Shown piece after piece: positions 10,126 through 20,675 of a DNA stretch of 64,000 nt. Both the position numbers and the translations under genes were made by a program. The notes under the pieces are model-generated. The model was not told the DNA's origin. It searched no databases and saw only the letters and a program-made list of their open reading frames with translations. Origin of the DNA: a bacterium (GTDB lineage Bacteria; UBA8248); assembly GCA_965261085.1 (NCBI GenBank), contig OZ253442.1, positions 768,001-832,000 on the forward strand. Reading direction: 5' to 3'. Numbering within the stretch: position 1 is the stretch's first letter; each line of letters begins with the position of its first letter.

Positions 10126-10995
10126 ATGACCCGGCCCACTATTCCAGGGCCTGACCCGGATACGAAAACGCCGAAATTCAAGGCCCCTCAAGGTGCGGCG
10201 GATTGCCATTTCCACGTCTTCGGGCCCGAAGCGGACTACCCCTACACCGAGCCCAGGCGCTATACGCCCGTTCAAGTGCTGGAGAGCGACTACCGGCGGA
10301 TGGCAGATGCGCTCGGCCTGGAGCGGGGCGTCGTGGTGCAGGCGAGCCCTTATGGCGCGGACAACGCGAGAGTGCTCGAGGCGGTTCGCGTCCTGGGCTC
10401 GGGCTATGTGGGCGTGGGCGTGGTGGATGCAAGTGTGTCCGAGGCGTGGCTCGATGAATTGAATAGGCTCGGCATCCGGGGAACCCGCATCAATTCGGCC
10501 TCAGGAGGCATAAGCGGAATCGAGCAGATGGGGGAGGTGGCCGCCAAAATAAAAGATTTCGGCTGGCACATCCAGTTTCATATGTATGCTGCGCAGTTGC
10601 CCGAATATGAACGGGAGATAAGGAAATTGCCCGTCGACGTGGTTTTTGATCATATGGGTCTTTTTCCCGCGGACCTGCCGCTCACGCACCCTGATTTCAA
10701 GTTGCTGCTGAACCTGCTGGAAAGAGGAAATGTGTGGGTGAAATTGAGTGGCGCCGAGCGCATTTCCAGGAGTGGCTCTCCTTACCATGACGCCACCCCG
10801 GTGGCGCGCGCCTTCATCGATGCCGCACCCGAGCGGGTAGTCTGGGGTACGGACTGGCCGCATACGAACGTGCAGCCCACGATTCCCAACGATGGTGATT
10901 TGATGAATCTTCTCGCGGAGTTTACGCCTGAGGAGAGCGTGCGCCGTAAAATATTGGTGGAAAACCCCGCCGTCCTCTATGAGTTCGGCCGGTAG
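10126..10995 (+). CDS. Amidohydrolase family (LigI / 2-pyrone-4,6-dicarboxylate lactonase-like)
   Basis: DCHFHVFG, YGADN, FDHMG, WVKLSG, VWGTDWPH, ILVENP. Confidence 0.88.
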   Translation: MTRPTIPGPDPDTKTPKFKAPQGAADCHFHVFGPEADYPYTEPRRYTPVQVLESDYRRMADALGLERGVVVQASPYGADNARVLEAVRVLGSGYVGVGVVDASVSEAWLDELNRLGIRGTRINSASGGISGIEQMGEVAAKIKDFGWHIQFHMYAAQLPEYEREIRKLPVDVVFDHMGLFPADLPLTHPDFKLLLNLLERGNVWVKLSGAERISRSGSPYHDATPVARAFIDAAPERVVWGTDWPHTNVQPTIPNDGDLMNLLAEFTPEESVRRKILVENPAVLYEFGR

Positions 10996-11026
10996 AAACG
11001 CAGCCCGGGCCGGATGATCTTACCGG

Positions 11027-12478
11027 CTAAAGCGTTAGTTTTTCTCTTAGTATTTCCTGTAAGGCCCTGGGATTGGCCTTACCCCCCGTCGCCTTCATCA
11101 CCTGGCCGACGAAAAAGCCCATGAGCTTCGTTTTTCCGCTCCGGTAGGCTTCGACTTCTGTTGGATTGGACGCAAGCACTTCTTTCACGACGTTCTCAAT
11201 CGCGCTCGTGTCCGTGATTTGTTTCAACCCTTTTTCTTCCACGATGGCCTCGGGGTCTTTGCCGCTCTCAGACATCGAGTCGAATACCGTCTTCGCAATT
11301 TTCCCGCTGATGGTGCCATCGGTGATGAGCGAAATCATTCTGGCCAGTCGCCGGGGGGAGATGGGGCATTTGTCGATGGTTATTTTTTTCTCGTTCAACA
11401 GGCGCAGGATATCGCCCATCACCCAGTTGCTCGCCGCTTTGGCTTGTTCCTTGCCGGCAGCCTCGACGACTTCATCGAAATAGGTCGCCAGTTCTTTTTC
11501 CGCCGTTAAGACTTCCGCATCGTACCGGGGGAGGCCGAACGCATCCTGAAAGCGCTTGTTCTTCGCGTCGGGCAATTCCGGCAATTGCGCGCGAACCTTA
11601 TCGAGCCATTTCGTGTCCACGGCGAGCGGCACCAGATCCGGGTCCGGGAAATAGCGATAATCATGAGCGTATTCTTTCGAACGCATCCCCCGCGTCACGC
11701 CGGTGGATTCATCCCAAAGCCTGGTCTCCTGGTGAATGGCGCCGCCTGAATCCAGGGTTTCACGCTGGCGTTTTTCTTCGTATTCGAGCGCCCGCCTGAG
11801 ATTCCTAAAAGAGTTCATGTTCTTGATTTCCACCTTCTCGCCGAATTCCTCTGAACCCTGGGGCCTCAGGGAAATGTTCGCGTCGCACCGCAAGCTGCCT
11901 TCCTGCATGTTGCCGTCGGATATCCCCAGATAGCACACCAGGGTCCTGAGTTTCCTCATATAGGATTCGGCGTCTTCGGGGTTTCTGAGTTCCGGTTCGG
12001 AGACGATTTCGAGCAGCGGCACGCCAGCCCGGTTCAGGTCCGAATAGGAATGGTTCGGGTCTCCCAGTTCGTCTCCATGAATCAGCTTGCCGGCATCTTC
12101 TTCCATATGAATCCTGGTGAGGTTGATGGTGGCATCTCGCCCATCCTTGGTTACGAAATGAACATGCCCGCCCGTGCAGATGGGTTCTTCGTACTGGCTG
12201 ATCTGGTATCCCTTGGGGAGGTCGGGATAGAAATAATGTTTTCGGGCGAAACGGCAGACTGGCGCGATATCCGCCCCGACGGCCAGCCCGAGCCTCAGGG
12301 TGAATTCGATGACTTCCCGGTTCAAGACCGGCAATACGCCGGGGAGCCCCAAGTCCACCGTGCAGGTGTGTTCATTGGGCCCTCCCCCGAATGCGGAGCT
12401 CGAGCCACAAAAGATTTTGCTTTTCGTATTCAACTGGGCATGTACTTCAAGGCCGATAACCGTTTCGTACGCCATCAT
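11027..12478 (-). CDS. gatB: Asp-tRNA(Asn)/Glu-tRNA(Gln) amidotransferase subunit B
   Basis: IGLEVHAQL, HYFYPDLPKGYQISQ, HMEEDAGK, DYRYFPDPDL. Confidence 0.98.
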   Translation of the reverse strand: MMAYETVIGLEVHAQLNTKSKIFCGSSSAFGGGPNEHTCTVDLGLPGVLPVLNREVIEFTLRLGLAVGADIAPVCRFARKHYFYPDLPKGYQISQYEEPICTGGHVHFVTKDGRDATINLTRIHMEEDAGKLIHGDELGDPNHSYSDLNRAGVPLLEIVSEPELRNPEDAESYMRKLRTLVCYLGISDGNMQEGSLRCDANISLRPQGSEEFGEKVEIKNMNSFRNLRRALEYEEKRQRETLDSGGAIHQETRLWDESTGVTRGMRSKEYAHDYRYFPDPDLVPLAVDTKWLDKVRAQLPELPDAKNKRFQDAFGLPRYDAEVLTAEKELATYFDEVVEAAGKEQAKAASNWVMGDILRLLNEKKITIDKCPISPRRLARMISLITDGTISGKIAKTVFDSMSESGKDPEAIVEEKGLKQITDTSAIENVVKEVLASNPTEVEAYRSGKTKLMGFFVGQVMKATGGKANPRALQEILREKLTL

Positions 12479-12501
12479 CTCCCTCAATCAAATAGTGCGT
12501 A

Positions 12502-13974
12502 TCACAGCTGCGGGAGCGCTTCGTGGTGCGTCGTTGCTCTTTCGAATGCCGCTGCCGCCTGAAGAATCGTTTTCTCGCCAAATGGTTTTCCCACCAACTG
12601 AAGTCCAACCGGCAAGCCGCTCGAAGTGAATCCGCAAGGTTGGCTGATGCCGGGAAGACCGGCCAGATTACAGGGTATGGTCAGGATGTCGGATAGATAC
12701 ATGCTGATGGGATCATCGAGGCGTTCACCAATCTCGAAGGCGGGAGTCGGCGCCGTGGCCGATAGTACGATGTCGACATTTTCGAATGCGGCCCTGAAAT
12801 CCTGGCAAATCAGCGTGCGGACCCTTTGCGCTTTCGTGTAAAACGCATCGTAATATCCTGAGGATAGCGCATACGTGCCCAGCATGATTCGGCGCTTTAC
12901 CTCGTCCCCGAAGCCGTTTTCCCGGCTCGCTGCATACATGCCGAACAAAGAGCCGTATGTGGAATCGACTTCTTTGCGCACGCCATAGCGGACACCGTCG
13001 TAACGCGCCAGGTTGCTGCTCGCCTCAGCGGGGGCGAGAATGTAATAAACAGGCAACGCATATTCGGTATGGGGGAGAGAGATTTCGAGAATTTCAGCTC
13101 CCTGACCCTCGAACACGGCGATTGCACTGCGAACCGCCGCCTCGACGTCGGGGTCCATTCCCTCGATGAAATACTCTTTGGGAATGCCGATTTTCAAACC
13201 GTTCACGCCATTTTCCAGGTTTTCCGTGTAGTCGGGAACCGGTTCGTTGGCCGAGGTGGAATCGCGGGGATCGTGACCACTGACTGCACCCAATAAAATG
13301 GCCGCATCTCCCACATTCGTTGCTAAAGGGCCTATTTGGTCCAGAGAACTGGCGAAGGCGATGAGTCCATAGCGCGAAATGCGTCCATAAGTGGGCTTCA
13401 TGCCCACGACACCACAGCACGCCGCCGGCTGGCGTATAGAGCCTCCGGTATCTGATCCTAAAGAAACGACACAAGATCGCGCCGCGACCGTGGCGGCGGA
13501 CCCGCCGCTGCTGCCTCCCGGGATTGTTTTCAGGTTCCACGGATTATGGGTAGGCCCAAACGCGCTTTGCTCGCATGATGAACCCATGGCGAATTCGTCC
13601 ATGTTCAATTTGCCGAGAATGATCACACCTGCCTTCTTCAGCCGGGCTACGGCGGTGGCGTCATACGGGGCTTCAAAATTTTCCAAAAACCGAGAACCAC
13701 AGGTGGTCTTCGTGTCTTTCATGCAAAGGAGGTCTTTTATGGCCACCGGTACACCTAGAAGCGGAGAATCATGGTCTCCAGTCCTGATTTTGTCATCAGC
13801 GGCGTGGGCGGCCCTAATGGCCTCGTCTCCAAGAACGCTTAAGTAGGCATGTACCCTATCTTCTGTTTCATTTATACGTTCAAGATAGGCCCGGGTTAGT
13901 TCCTCTGCGGTGAATTCTTTGGCCCTCAGGTTTTCCCTGATTTCTGTGATGGTGAGATAAAGCAGTTCGTTCAT
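12502..13974 (-). CDS. gatA: Asp-tRNA(Asn)/Glu-tRNA(Gln) amidotransferase subunit A
   Basis: Amidase signature [37 protein letters not shown]. Confidence 0.98.
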   Translation of the reverse strand: MNELLYLTITEIRENLRAKEFTAEELTRAYLERINETEDRVHAYLSVLGDEAIRAAHAADDKIRTGDHDSPLLGVPVAIKDLLCMKDTKTTCGSRFLENFEAPYDATAVARLKKAGVIILGKLNMDEFAMGSSCEQSAFGPTHNPWNLKTIPGGSSGGSAATVAARSCVVSLGSDTGGSIRQPAACCGVVGMKPTYGRISRYGLIAFASSLDQIGPLATNVGDAAILLGAVSGHDPRDSTSANEPVPDYTENLENGVNGLKIGIPKEYFIEGMDPDVEAAVRSAIAVFEGQGAEILEISLPHTEYALPVYYILAPAEASSNLARYDGVRYGVRKEVDSTYGSLFGMYAASRENGFGDEVKRRIMLGTYALSSGYYDAFYTKAQRVRTLICQDFRAAFENVDIVLSATAPTPAFEIGERLDDPISMYLSDILTIPCNLAGLPGISQPCGFTSSGLPVGLQLVGKPFGEKTILQAAAAFERATTHHEALPQL

Positions 13975-14240
13975 TCGCCCTCCTTGTCATGTACCCATCG
14001 ACTAACATTCGTTTCAGAGGAAACACCAATAGCAAGCAGAACGTCAAACCCGATGCCAATAAAATTTTCAATACGGGGATCAGAAAAATCGATACTTCCC
14101 GCTTAGAATGTCCAGGTATTCAACATGGCTTTTTGTCCGATGCGGGCCGGATAAATGGTTCACCTTTTCTTGGATTCTGAGAATTGTTTTTTGCTCAGAA
14201 TGAAATATGACCTGGCTGCTTGTTGTCTTTTGTTTTTCCT

Positions 14241-14993
14241 TCATGGGCACCGAAGCAAAAAAGTAGCGTAATTGAGAAGCTGTTTTCCGCCACCGTTGTG
14301 GTAGATCTCAAGATCCTGTTGCCATCTGTCGAGTGTATCCTGGGCTTCACGCGAGTCCGTATATTCAAGCCGGTTCTCAAGAATGGAGCGGGCTTGTGGG
14401 GCAAGAAAAGCTTCCCATGTGTTTTCCGTTTCATGTTCTACAAATTCGACGCCATATCCCTGTGCCGTAAAGTGGGCCCAAAACTCTTCTACGTCAATTG
14501 GCTCGCAGGGAAGATAGGCATCGAGCCATCTCATCAATCGTTCGGACGGTATTTCCTCATCCGTCGATTTCCAAACTAGGCTGGAATAGGCAATCCATCC
14601 CCCGGGTTTCACGATCCGAGGCAAGCTCTTCAATTTGTCCGTAGTACTCGAAGGGTGGGCGGGCCCACACAAAAGCGCCAGATCGAAATAATCATCATCA
14701 AAAGGAAAGTCATTATTCTCATGATTCAGTAAATCTATAAGATGGGGCATATCTTCAAATAAGATTCGCCGCCTGCCATCTTCCACGAACTCAGGACGAT
14801 CGTCTAATCCGATTGCCGAGCATCCAAACATTTGCGCGAGCGAAATGACGCTCCCCCCTTTGCCGCACGATGCGTCAAAAACCAGGGAATTTGCCGACAA
14901 GCCGATATGATCACCAATCTTTTTGAGTGTATTTACCGAGATGGGAACGAGGAAATGATTGTGTTTGAAACGCTCGAACAAGTCGGATTGCAT
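14241..14993 (-). CDS. Class I SAM-dependent methyltransferase
   Basis: VFDASCGKG motif I, FPFDDDYFD, VKPGGW. Confidence 0.8.
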   Translation of the reverse strand: MQSDLFERFKHNHFLVPISVNTLKKIGDHIGLSANSLVFDASCGKGGSVISLAQMFGCSAIGLDDRPEFVEDGRRRILFEDMPHLIDLLNHENNDFPFDDDYFDLALLCGPAHPSSTTDKLKSLPRIVKPGGWIAYSSLVWKSTDEEIPSERLMRWLDAYLPCEPIDVEEFWAHFTAQGYGVEFVEHETENTWEAFLAPQARSILENRLEYTDSREAQDTLDRWQQDLEIYHNGGGKQLLNYATFLLRCP

Positions 14994-15153
14994 AAAACAA
15001 AATTGAAAGCGGTCTTAAAAAATCGAAAGGCCGATTAAATCGAGCATTAAAATAATCGTGCTCAATCCTAAAATTCCGCCAATGATGAGGGCGAACAATC
15101 CGAAAAGTTTTCCATACACCATGACTACGTTCTCCCAACTATAAGAACAACGG

Positions 15154-16077
15154 TTATTTCTTTTTGGTTTTTCCCTTTGTTGATGTTTTGGCAGGTTGAG
15201 ACTTGCTGATTTGCATGAATACCTTGCCGTCTTTCAGTACAGTAACACTTCCTGTTGACTCGCTGATAGCGAATGATATGGCTGTGCTTACTTCCGTTAT
15301 ACCCGCCCCAGCCATATGACGCGAACCCAATCCGGCTGGCAAATCATTTTCAGGTGCCGCGTTTAGGTGTCTGCCGGCGGCTTCGATGATTCCATCTCCC
15401 CGAATGACGAATGCTCCGTCGATGGCGCTGAATTCCTTGATGGTTTCGCGTAGAGCTGGGTCCATGATGTTTCTTTGCTCTTCCGGGTATCCATGAAAGG
15501 GATTGATTACGAGTTGGCGTGAATACTGAAGCACCAGATCGTGGTCTCCCAGCACAAAAAGCGCCCCGCGAGGTTTTCCTTCTCGTCCTTCAGCACCAAG
15601 TTCGAGGGCGAGCGACAAGACTGTTTCAAACACTTTCGGGTCTACACCCCCAACGGCGCTTTGGGTTTCCGATGTTTGGAGCATTTCTTTTTCACGGTCT
15701 AAATGAAAGACCATGAGGGTGTCAATCTCTTCGTTCTCAGGTAAGCCTGAAAGGCAGACCACGGTGTCATTCTGTGTGATGGAACCTTCGCTCAAAGCAA
15801 TGACGACACCCATCTTGATAATGTCGATTCGATTCAAGGATAAGGCGGGTAATTGCATCACCTTGCAATCTCGCTTTTCCAATTCTTCGTAAAGGTCGGG
15901 GGAACAGGTGGTGGTGAAACGCTCTACGCCCATGGGGAGGTCCATCAAGGCGTCAAGATTCTTCATCGCGTCAGCGTGAATGAAAATTGCCTTGGCCTCC
16001 AGTTCATTGCAGATTTGTGAAGCCGCGGCAATAATACTTTCACTGAGGCCAGCTTGCTTTTCGATCGGTGCTCTCAC
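15154..16077 (-). CDS. Diadenylate cyclase (DisA_N domain, DacZ-like architecture)
   Basis: EGREGKPRGALF, IDGAFV (DGA), GLGSRHMA (RHR variant), ISESTG. Confidence 0.85.
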   Translation of the reverse strand: MRAPIEKQAGLSESIIAAASQICNELEAKAIFIHADAMKNLDALMDLPMGVERFTTTCSPDLYEELEKRDCKVMQLPALSLNRIDIIKMGVVIALSEGSITQNDTVVCLSGLPENEEIDTLMVFHLDREKEMLQTSETQSAVGGVDPKVFETVLSLALELGAEGREGKPRGALFVLGDHDLVLQYSRQLVINPFHGYPEEQRNIMDPALRETIKEFSAIDGAFVIRGDGIIEAAGRHLNAAPENDLPAGLGSRHMAGAGITEVSTAISFAISESTGSVTVLKDGKVFMQISKSQPAKTSTKGKTKKK

Positions 16078-16079
16078 CT

Positions 16080-17558
16080 TTATCCCTTTCCTTCCAGCAC
16101 CACGTAGCGTGTCGCGCCTCGCCGCTCGATTACCAGCAGATTACCTTTATTTTCTCCTTTTTTCAGCGCTTCACGCAACTGGTCCATATTGGCAATCGCT
16201 TTGCGGTTGGCTTCCACAATGACGTCACCTCGTCGCAAACCGGCTATGGCTGCGGGGCTATCCGGCAATACGTTGGAGATGACAACGCCTTTCTCCGCTT
16301 TTGCCCCGATTTGCTTTCTGAGTTCAGGGGTCAGGTTTTGCCCATCGATGCCCAGTTGTTTCTGGAGCGCGGGTTTTGACGCTTTCGCCCGTTCCTCCGA
16401 GGATACGGGCAACTTGGCGACTTGAAGTTTGACCACACGTTTTTTGCCGTCCCGTATGATGCCGACTTTGGCGATGGAACCCGGCTTCAAGTCGGCCGCG
16501 GTAAGGGAGAGCTGACGGGGGTTTTCAATTTTTTTCTCATTAATGCTTACGATCAGGTCACCTCTTTTGATGCCAGCTTTTTCCGCAGGCGCATTCTCGA
16601 TCACGTTGGCGACCAGGGCGCCCCGGGTTTCTTTCAGGTCCAATACTTTCGCCAGACTTTCATTGACGGGTTGAATGGATACGCCCAGAAATCCACGGGT
16701 CACCACTCCCGTGCGAAGCTGGGGGAGCAGTTTCTTAGCCATGTTGATTGGTATGGCGAAGCCAATCCCGATATTTCCGCCGCTTCTGCTGAAGATTGCA
16801 GTATTGATGCCCACGACGTTTCCATTCAAATCGAAGAGCGGCCCCCCGCTGTTTCCCGGATTGATGGAGGCGTCGGTTTGGATAAAGTTGTCGAATCGGC
16901 TCGAGCCGATGACGCGTCCTTTGGCGCTGACGATTCCGGCCGTCACCGTATGTGATAATCCAAATGGATTTCCTATGGCCATTACCCAATCGCCCACGCG
17001 AAGTTTTTCGCTGTCCCCGAGCTTCACCGCAGTGAACGTGTCCCCAGGCTTCGTTTCTACCTGGAGTAGCGCGATGTCGGTTTGGGGGTCACGGCCCACG
17101 ATCTTTGCTTTTCGTTTCTTTTGGTCCTTGAAACGGACCGTTATTTTTGATGCGTTTTCGACGACGTGATTGTTCGTAACGATTAGTCCGTTTTTGGTCA
17201 CGATGAAGCCTGAACCCAAGTTCTGCCGTCTGGGTTGTGGGCGCAAACCACCACGAGGTCGTTGGCGGAAGGGACCTTCATGAAAACGTCTGAAAAATTC
17301 ATTCCACAAATCGCCAGGAATTCCTGGAAATTCGCCTCTTGAACTCGTTTCAATCTTTGTTTCCGTACTGATATTCACTACGGAAGGGCTCAATTTTTCT
17401 GCCAACCCGGCCAGGGACGGCAATTTTCCCGCACTGGAGATGGTTGCGGATTGGGCGTTCACTGGTGCTAAAAGCAAGGCCAGGCCAAGCAATGTAGTGA
17501 TGAGCATGGAGGTTGAACCCACCGATTTGAATTTGGGAAGATAGAGATAATTCCGCAT
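16080..17558 (-). CDS. degP: HtrA/DegP serine protease with two PDZ domains
   Basis: LGSGFIV, TNNHVV, TDIALL, NPGNSGGPL, two PDZ repeats. Confidence 0.93.
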   Translation of the reverse strand: MRNYLYLPKFKSVGSTSMLITTLLGLALLLAPVNAQSATISSAGKLPSLAGLAEKLSPSVVNISTETKIETSSRGEFPGIPGDLWNEFFRRFHEGPFRQRPRGGLRPQPRRQNLGSGFIVTKNGLIVTNNHVVENASKITVRFKDQKKRKAKIVGRDPQTDIALLQVETKPGDTFTAVKLGDSEKLRVGDWVMAIGNPFGLSHTVTAGIVSAKGRVIGSSRFDNFIQTDASINPGNSGGPLFDLNGNVVGINTAIFSRSGGNIGIGFAIPINMAKKLLPQLRTGVVTRGFLGVSIQPVNESLAKVLDLKETRGALVANVIENAPAEKAGIKRGDLIVSINEKKIENPRQLSLTAADLKPGSIAKVGIIRDGKKRVVKLQVAKLPVSSEERAKASKPALQKQLGIDGQNLTPELRKQIGAKAEKGVVISNVLPDSPAAIAGLRRGDVIVEANRKAIANMDQLREALKKGENKGNLLVIERRGATRYVVLEGKG

Positions 17559-17824
17559 TTTTTCCCCTTCTCTACACATCAGACATACTGGCGGCGACAA
17601 ACACTACATCACTTATTTTAGATATACCAAAGTTCCATCTCTGTGGAAATCGGCAAATAGCTGAAAAAAGTTTGATTATCGCTTTGATGCAGATTTGCGT
17701 GGCTGAAAAGACATAATTATCAGCTATCCGCATCGACGCGAGACGAACGGAGGGATATTCTCTCCACCGTCTGGAAAATCCGGCCGCGGCGTCACCCGAG
17801 AGAGTTTCTTGAAATGATGAGCGC

Positions 17825-18700
17825 ATGAGTCTCGAATCCCAAACCATTCTACTCGCTATTTCGGCGGCTTTTGTCAGCGCGGCGACAAACATCACCTTCG
17901 CGCCCGCTTTGCGGCAGATGGGTTCGTTCGCCCTGGCGCAGTTCAATAATGTCGGCAACTCCTTGATGTTGGGGGCAATCGGATTCTGGTTGTACGAGCC
18001 GGGGAGTTTTCGCTGGGAGGCGTTCGCCTGGTTCAGCGTTCTGGGAGTGTTGAACTACAGTATTAATCGCTGGATATTCTATACCGGCATGAATGTCGTC
18101 GGCCCATCTCGCCATATCACCATCACGAGCATGGTGCCGCTTCCCAGCCTCTTTTTGGCGGTCATTTTTCTGGGGGAAGAACCCGGCCGGTGGGTTTTGC
18201 TCGGAACATTTCTCGTTGTTGTGGGCGTAGCCGCCGTGAGTTACGAACCCTCGGGTGGAAGATGGTTCCGCGTAGGGATAGGTTGGTCGCTTATGAGTAT
18301 GCTCATGCTGGTGGGCAGCGCGTTCATGCGTAAGCAGGGGATGTCGTACATGGCTGCGCCCGCCCTGCTTACCGCGTGGTCGGCCTTGGTCGCCATCCCT
18401 ACCTCTGAGGGATTGCGCCATTTTCTCCCCAAGCGTTATTTCGAATGGGGGTCGAAACGCTATATTCCGCTGTTGGTTTTTGGAACGATCATAAACGGGT
18501 TGATGCAAATCCTCATCAACCTCGCGCTGAAGGGAAAACTCTCGCTGGCGGTTCCCATCCTGAGCAGCACGCCGATTTTCGCCTTGTGCCTTTCCGCGAT
18601 GTTCTTGCGAGGCATCGAACGCCTGAACGCGCGCGTGGTGCTGGGCGTATGCATCACCGTGCTGGGTATCGTCGCGGTGAGCATCGGTCGGCACGGCTAA
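17825..18700 (+). CDS. EamA/DMT family transporter
   Basis: About 10 hydrophobic helices, LAVIFLGE motif. Confidence 0.85.
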   Translation: MSLESQTILLAISAAFVSAATNITFAPALRQMGSFALAQFNNVGNSLMLGAIGFWLYEPGSFRWEAFAWFSVLGVLNYSINRWIFYTGMNVVGPSRHITITSMVPLPSLFLAVIFLGEEPGRWVLLGTFLVVVGVAAVSYEPSGGRWFRVGIGWSLMSMLMLVGSAFMRKQGMSYMAAPALLTAWSALVAIPTSEGLRHFLPKRYFEWGSKRYIPLLVFGTIINGLMQILINLALKGKLSLAVPILSSTPIFALCLSAMFLRGIERLNARVVLGVCITVLGIVAVSIGRHG

Positions 18701-18707
18701 TCTGGCG

Positions 18708-19577
18708 ATGGACAACACGATGGGGATCGTCTGGGCGCTGGCGGCGGCGATCATGGCGGCGTTCACGGGGGTTCTCGCCGCGCGGCCCTTGCGGCGCATG
18801 GGTTTGATGTCCGCCACTTTGTTGACGAATGTTTTCAACATGCTCGTTCTGGCTCTTATCGGCTGGTGGGAATACGACCCCGACGACGTGACGCTCGAGG
18901 GAATGCTCTGGTTCGCTCTTTTGGGCGTTACCGCCTACAGCTACGGGCGTCTCGTGTATTACAAGGCGATTGACTCTATCGGCCCGCCCAGACTGATGAC
19001 GCTTATGAGCGCCTCTCCTTTGCTCAGCTTATCCTTGGCCGTCCTTTTCCTGGGTGAGGAGCCCGGGCCGGCCGTTCTGGGGGGCACGGGCCTCGTGGTG
19101 GCCGGCGTGATCCTGGTGAGCTACGAACCCGCCCGGGGGCGCTGGTTCCAGCCGGGGATTCTCTGGGGTTTCGCCAGCGCGATCTCCCTGGGCGTGAGCG
19201 TGTTCATCCGCAAAAAAGGCCTGGACGCCATGCCGAACATCGCTCTCACGGTGGCGTGGTCGAACATGGTGAGCATCCCCATCATCTACAGTTTGAGATT
19301 CATCTCTCCGCCCAGATTGTTCGACTGGGGGCCGCGCTGGGCGGTGGCGACCATCATCCTGGTCGGCGTGCTGAACTCGGGCAACCAGCTCCTCTACAAC
19401 CTCGCCATCATCAACTCGGAAATCAGCGTCGTAGGCCCTATCATCGCCACAATGCCAATATTTTCAGTGATTTTCACCGTCCTCATGCTGCGCGACATGA
19501 CGCGCGTGCGACCCCGGCTCGTCTTGGGCGTATGCGTCACGGTGGCCGGAATGGCCACCGTCGTCCTGGGTCGCTGA
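18708..19577 (+). CDS. EamA/DMT family transporter (tandem paralogue)
   Basis: LAVLFLGEEPG, SYEP...RWF shared with the upstream gene. Confidence 0.85.
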   Translation: MDNTMGIVWALAAAIMAAFTGVLAARPLRRMGLMSATLLTNVFNMLVLALIGWWEYDPDDVTLEGMLWFALLGVTAYSYGRLVYYKAIDSIGPPRLMTLMSASPLLSLSLAVLFLGEEPGPAVLGGTGLVVAGVILVSYEPARGRWFQPGILWGFASAISLGVSVFIRKKGLDAMPNIALTVAWSNMVSIPIIYSLRFISPPRLFDWGPRWAVATIILVGVLNSGNQLLYNLAIINSEISVVGPIIATMPIFSVIFTVLMLRDMTRVRPRLVLGVCVTVAGMATVVLGR

Positions 19578-19599
19578 GGCGCGAGACCCCCCGAAACAG

Positions 19600-19880
19600 G
19601 CCCCGAAACGCTCGTTTTATTTATCGAAAAACCACGTGAATTTATCTAATTTTATCGATATTTTCAGGTCAATCGCGACTGGTCAAGGAGCGATTGCAGT
19701 TTGCCGACCGAAGAGTGAGGGTTTGCGCCTTTCCCGAGCTGGCAAGAAGGAACTGCGCTTCCCCGAGCAGCGGAAGGTCGCGCCGCCCGAGCCGAATCGA
19801 CCTTCCCATTTACTCCGCTCCTCTCATCGCTGAAACAGCAATTCCTCGCTCCTCGCTCGAAATTGACTTTCCCGCGCGGG
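19600..19880. repeat. Composite intergenic repeat; homologous in inverted orientation to 5790-5917 joined to 9384-9466; AT-rich part also at 30527-30597
   Basis: Shared blocks GAGAATCCCGCGCG, GGTCGATTCGGCTCGGGCGG, CTGAAAATATCGATAAA, GTTTTTCGATAAATAAA. Confidence 0.75.
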
Positions 19881-19995
19881 ATTCTCGCCCATCCCGACGA
19901 TAACTCGATAACCGCAATTGCGGGGAGATGCGGGTGGAAGCCATGGCTCGACGACGACCCGTGATGGATGCAGCCTTTCCCTTCAGTCTTTCTTT

Positions 19996-20619
19996 TTACA
20001 GGTCCCGGCTGAGCACGTTTCGGGCGTATCGCGCCAGCCTTTCGGGTGGAACCTTCAGCGTATTCATCCCCGGCGGCGGTGTTTCCAGGTCGAGTTGCAG
20101 CGTGTCGTTCAGCCGGTTCATCAGGTTGAAATGGCAGATGATCATGGTGAGTTCGATCATCTCTTGAGGAGAGAAAAAGGTCCGCATTTTCTCCCATGAC
20201 GCATCGTCGTGTTTCGCCTCGTTTTTCGTCACCAGTTCCGCCCACCGAATCACCCATTTCTGCTTTTCTGTGAGGTGGGGAGAATTCTCGTAATCTCCCT
20301 CGGCTGCAGCTACCTGTTCTTCCGTCAATCCGCCGACCTGACCAAGCCGCCGATTGTGCTGCAGTCAGAAATCGCAAGTGTTGACCACCGATGTGCGAAT
20401 GATCGCCAACTCCTTCGTTTGCGCGTCGAGCAAACCGCCGCTTTCGCGCTGCACCGCCGTCGCGAAGGGAATCAGCCACTTGGCCACCCAGGGACTGTGG
20501 GCGATGGTCCGCGTCGAGTTCGAGACGAATCCCAGCATCTCCCGGGCGCCCTCGAATATCTGGCGCACTGTTCTCGGCCACGGCGCGGCGGTGATGCGCA
20601 CCTCGCCTCTCGAAAACAC
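19996..20619 (-). CDS. AhpD/carboxymuconolactone-decarboxylase-family selenoprotein (Sec at TGA 20365-20367)
   Basis: Two in-frame ORFs joined by TGA: TKELAIIRTSVVNTCDF-U-LQHNRRLG...; CxxU-xxH motif; SECIS-like hairpin; start uncertain. Confidence 0.82.
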
Positions 20620-20675
20620 GGTTCATTGATATCAGACGAATTCTTATTCACCACATCCCAAACCAGACCTGTTTT

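Noticed and set aside
13975-14240. gatC in the gap upstream of gatA
   Set aside because: Minus-strand frames show no GatC-like sequence
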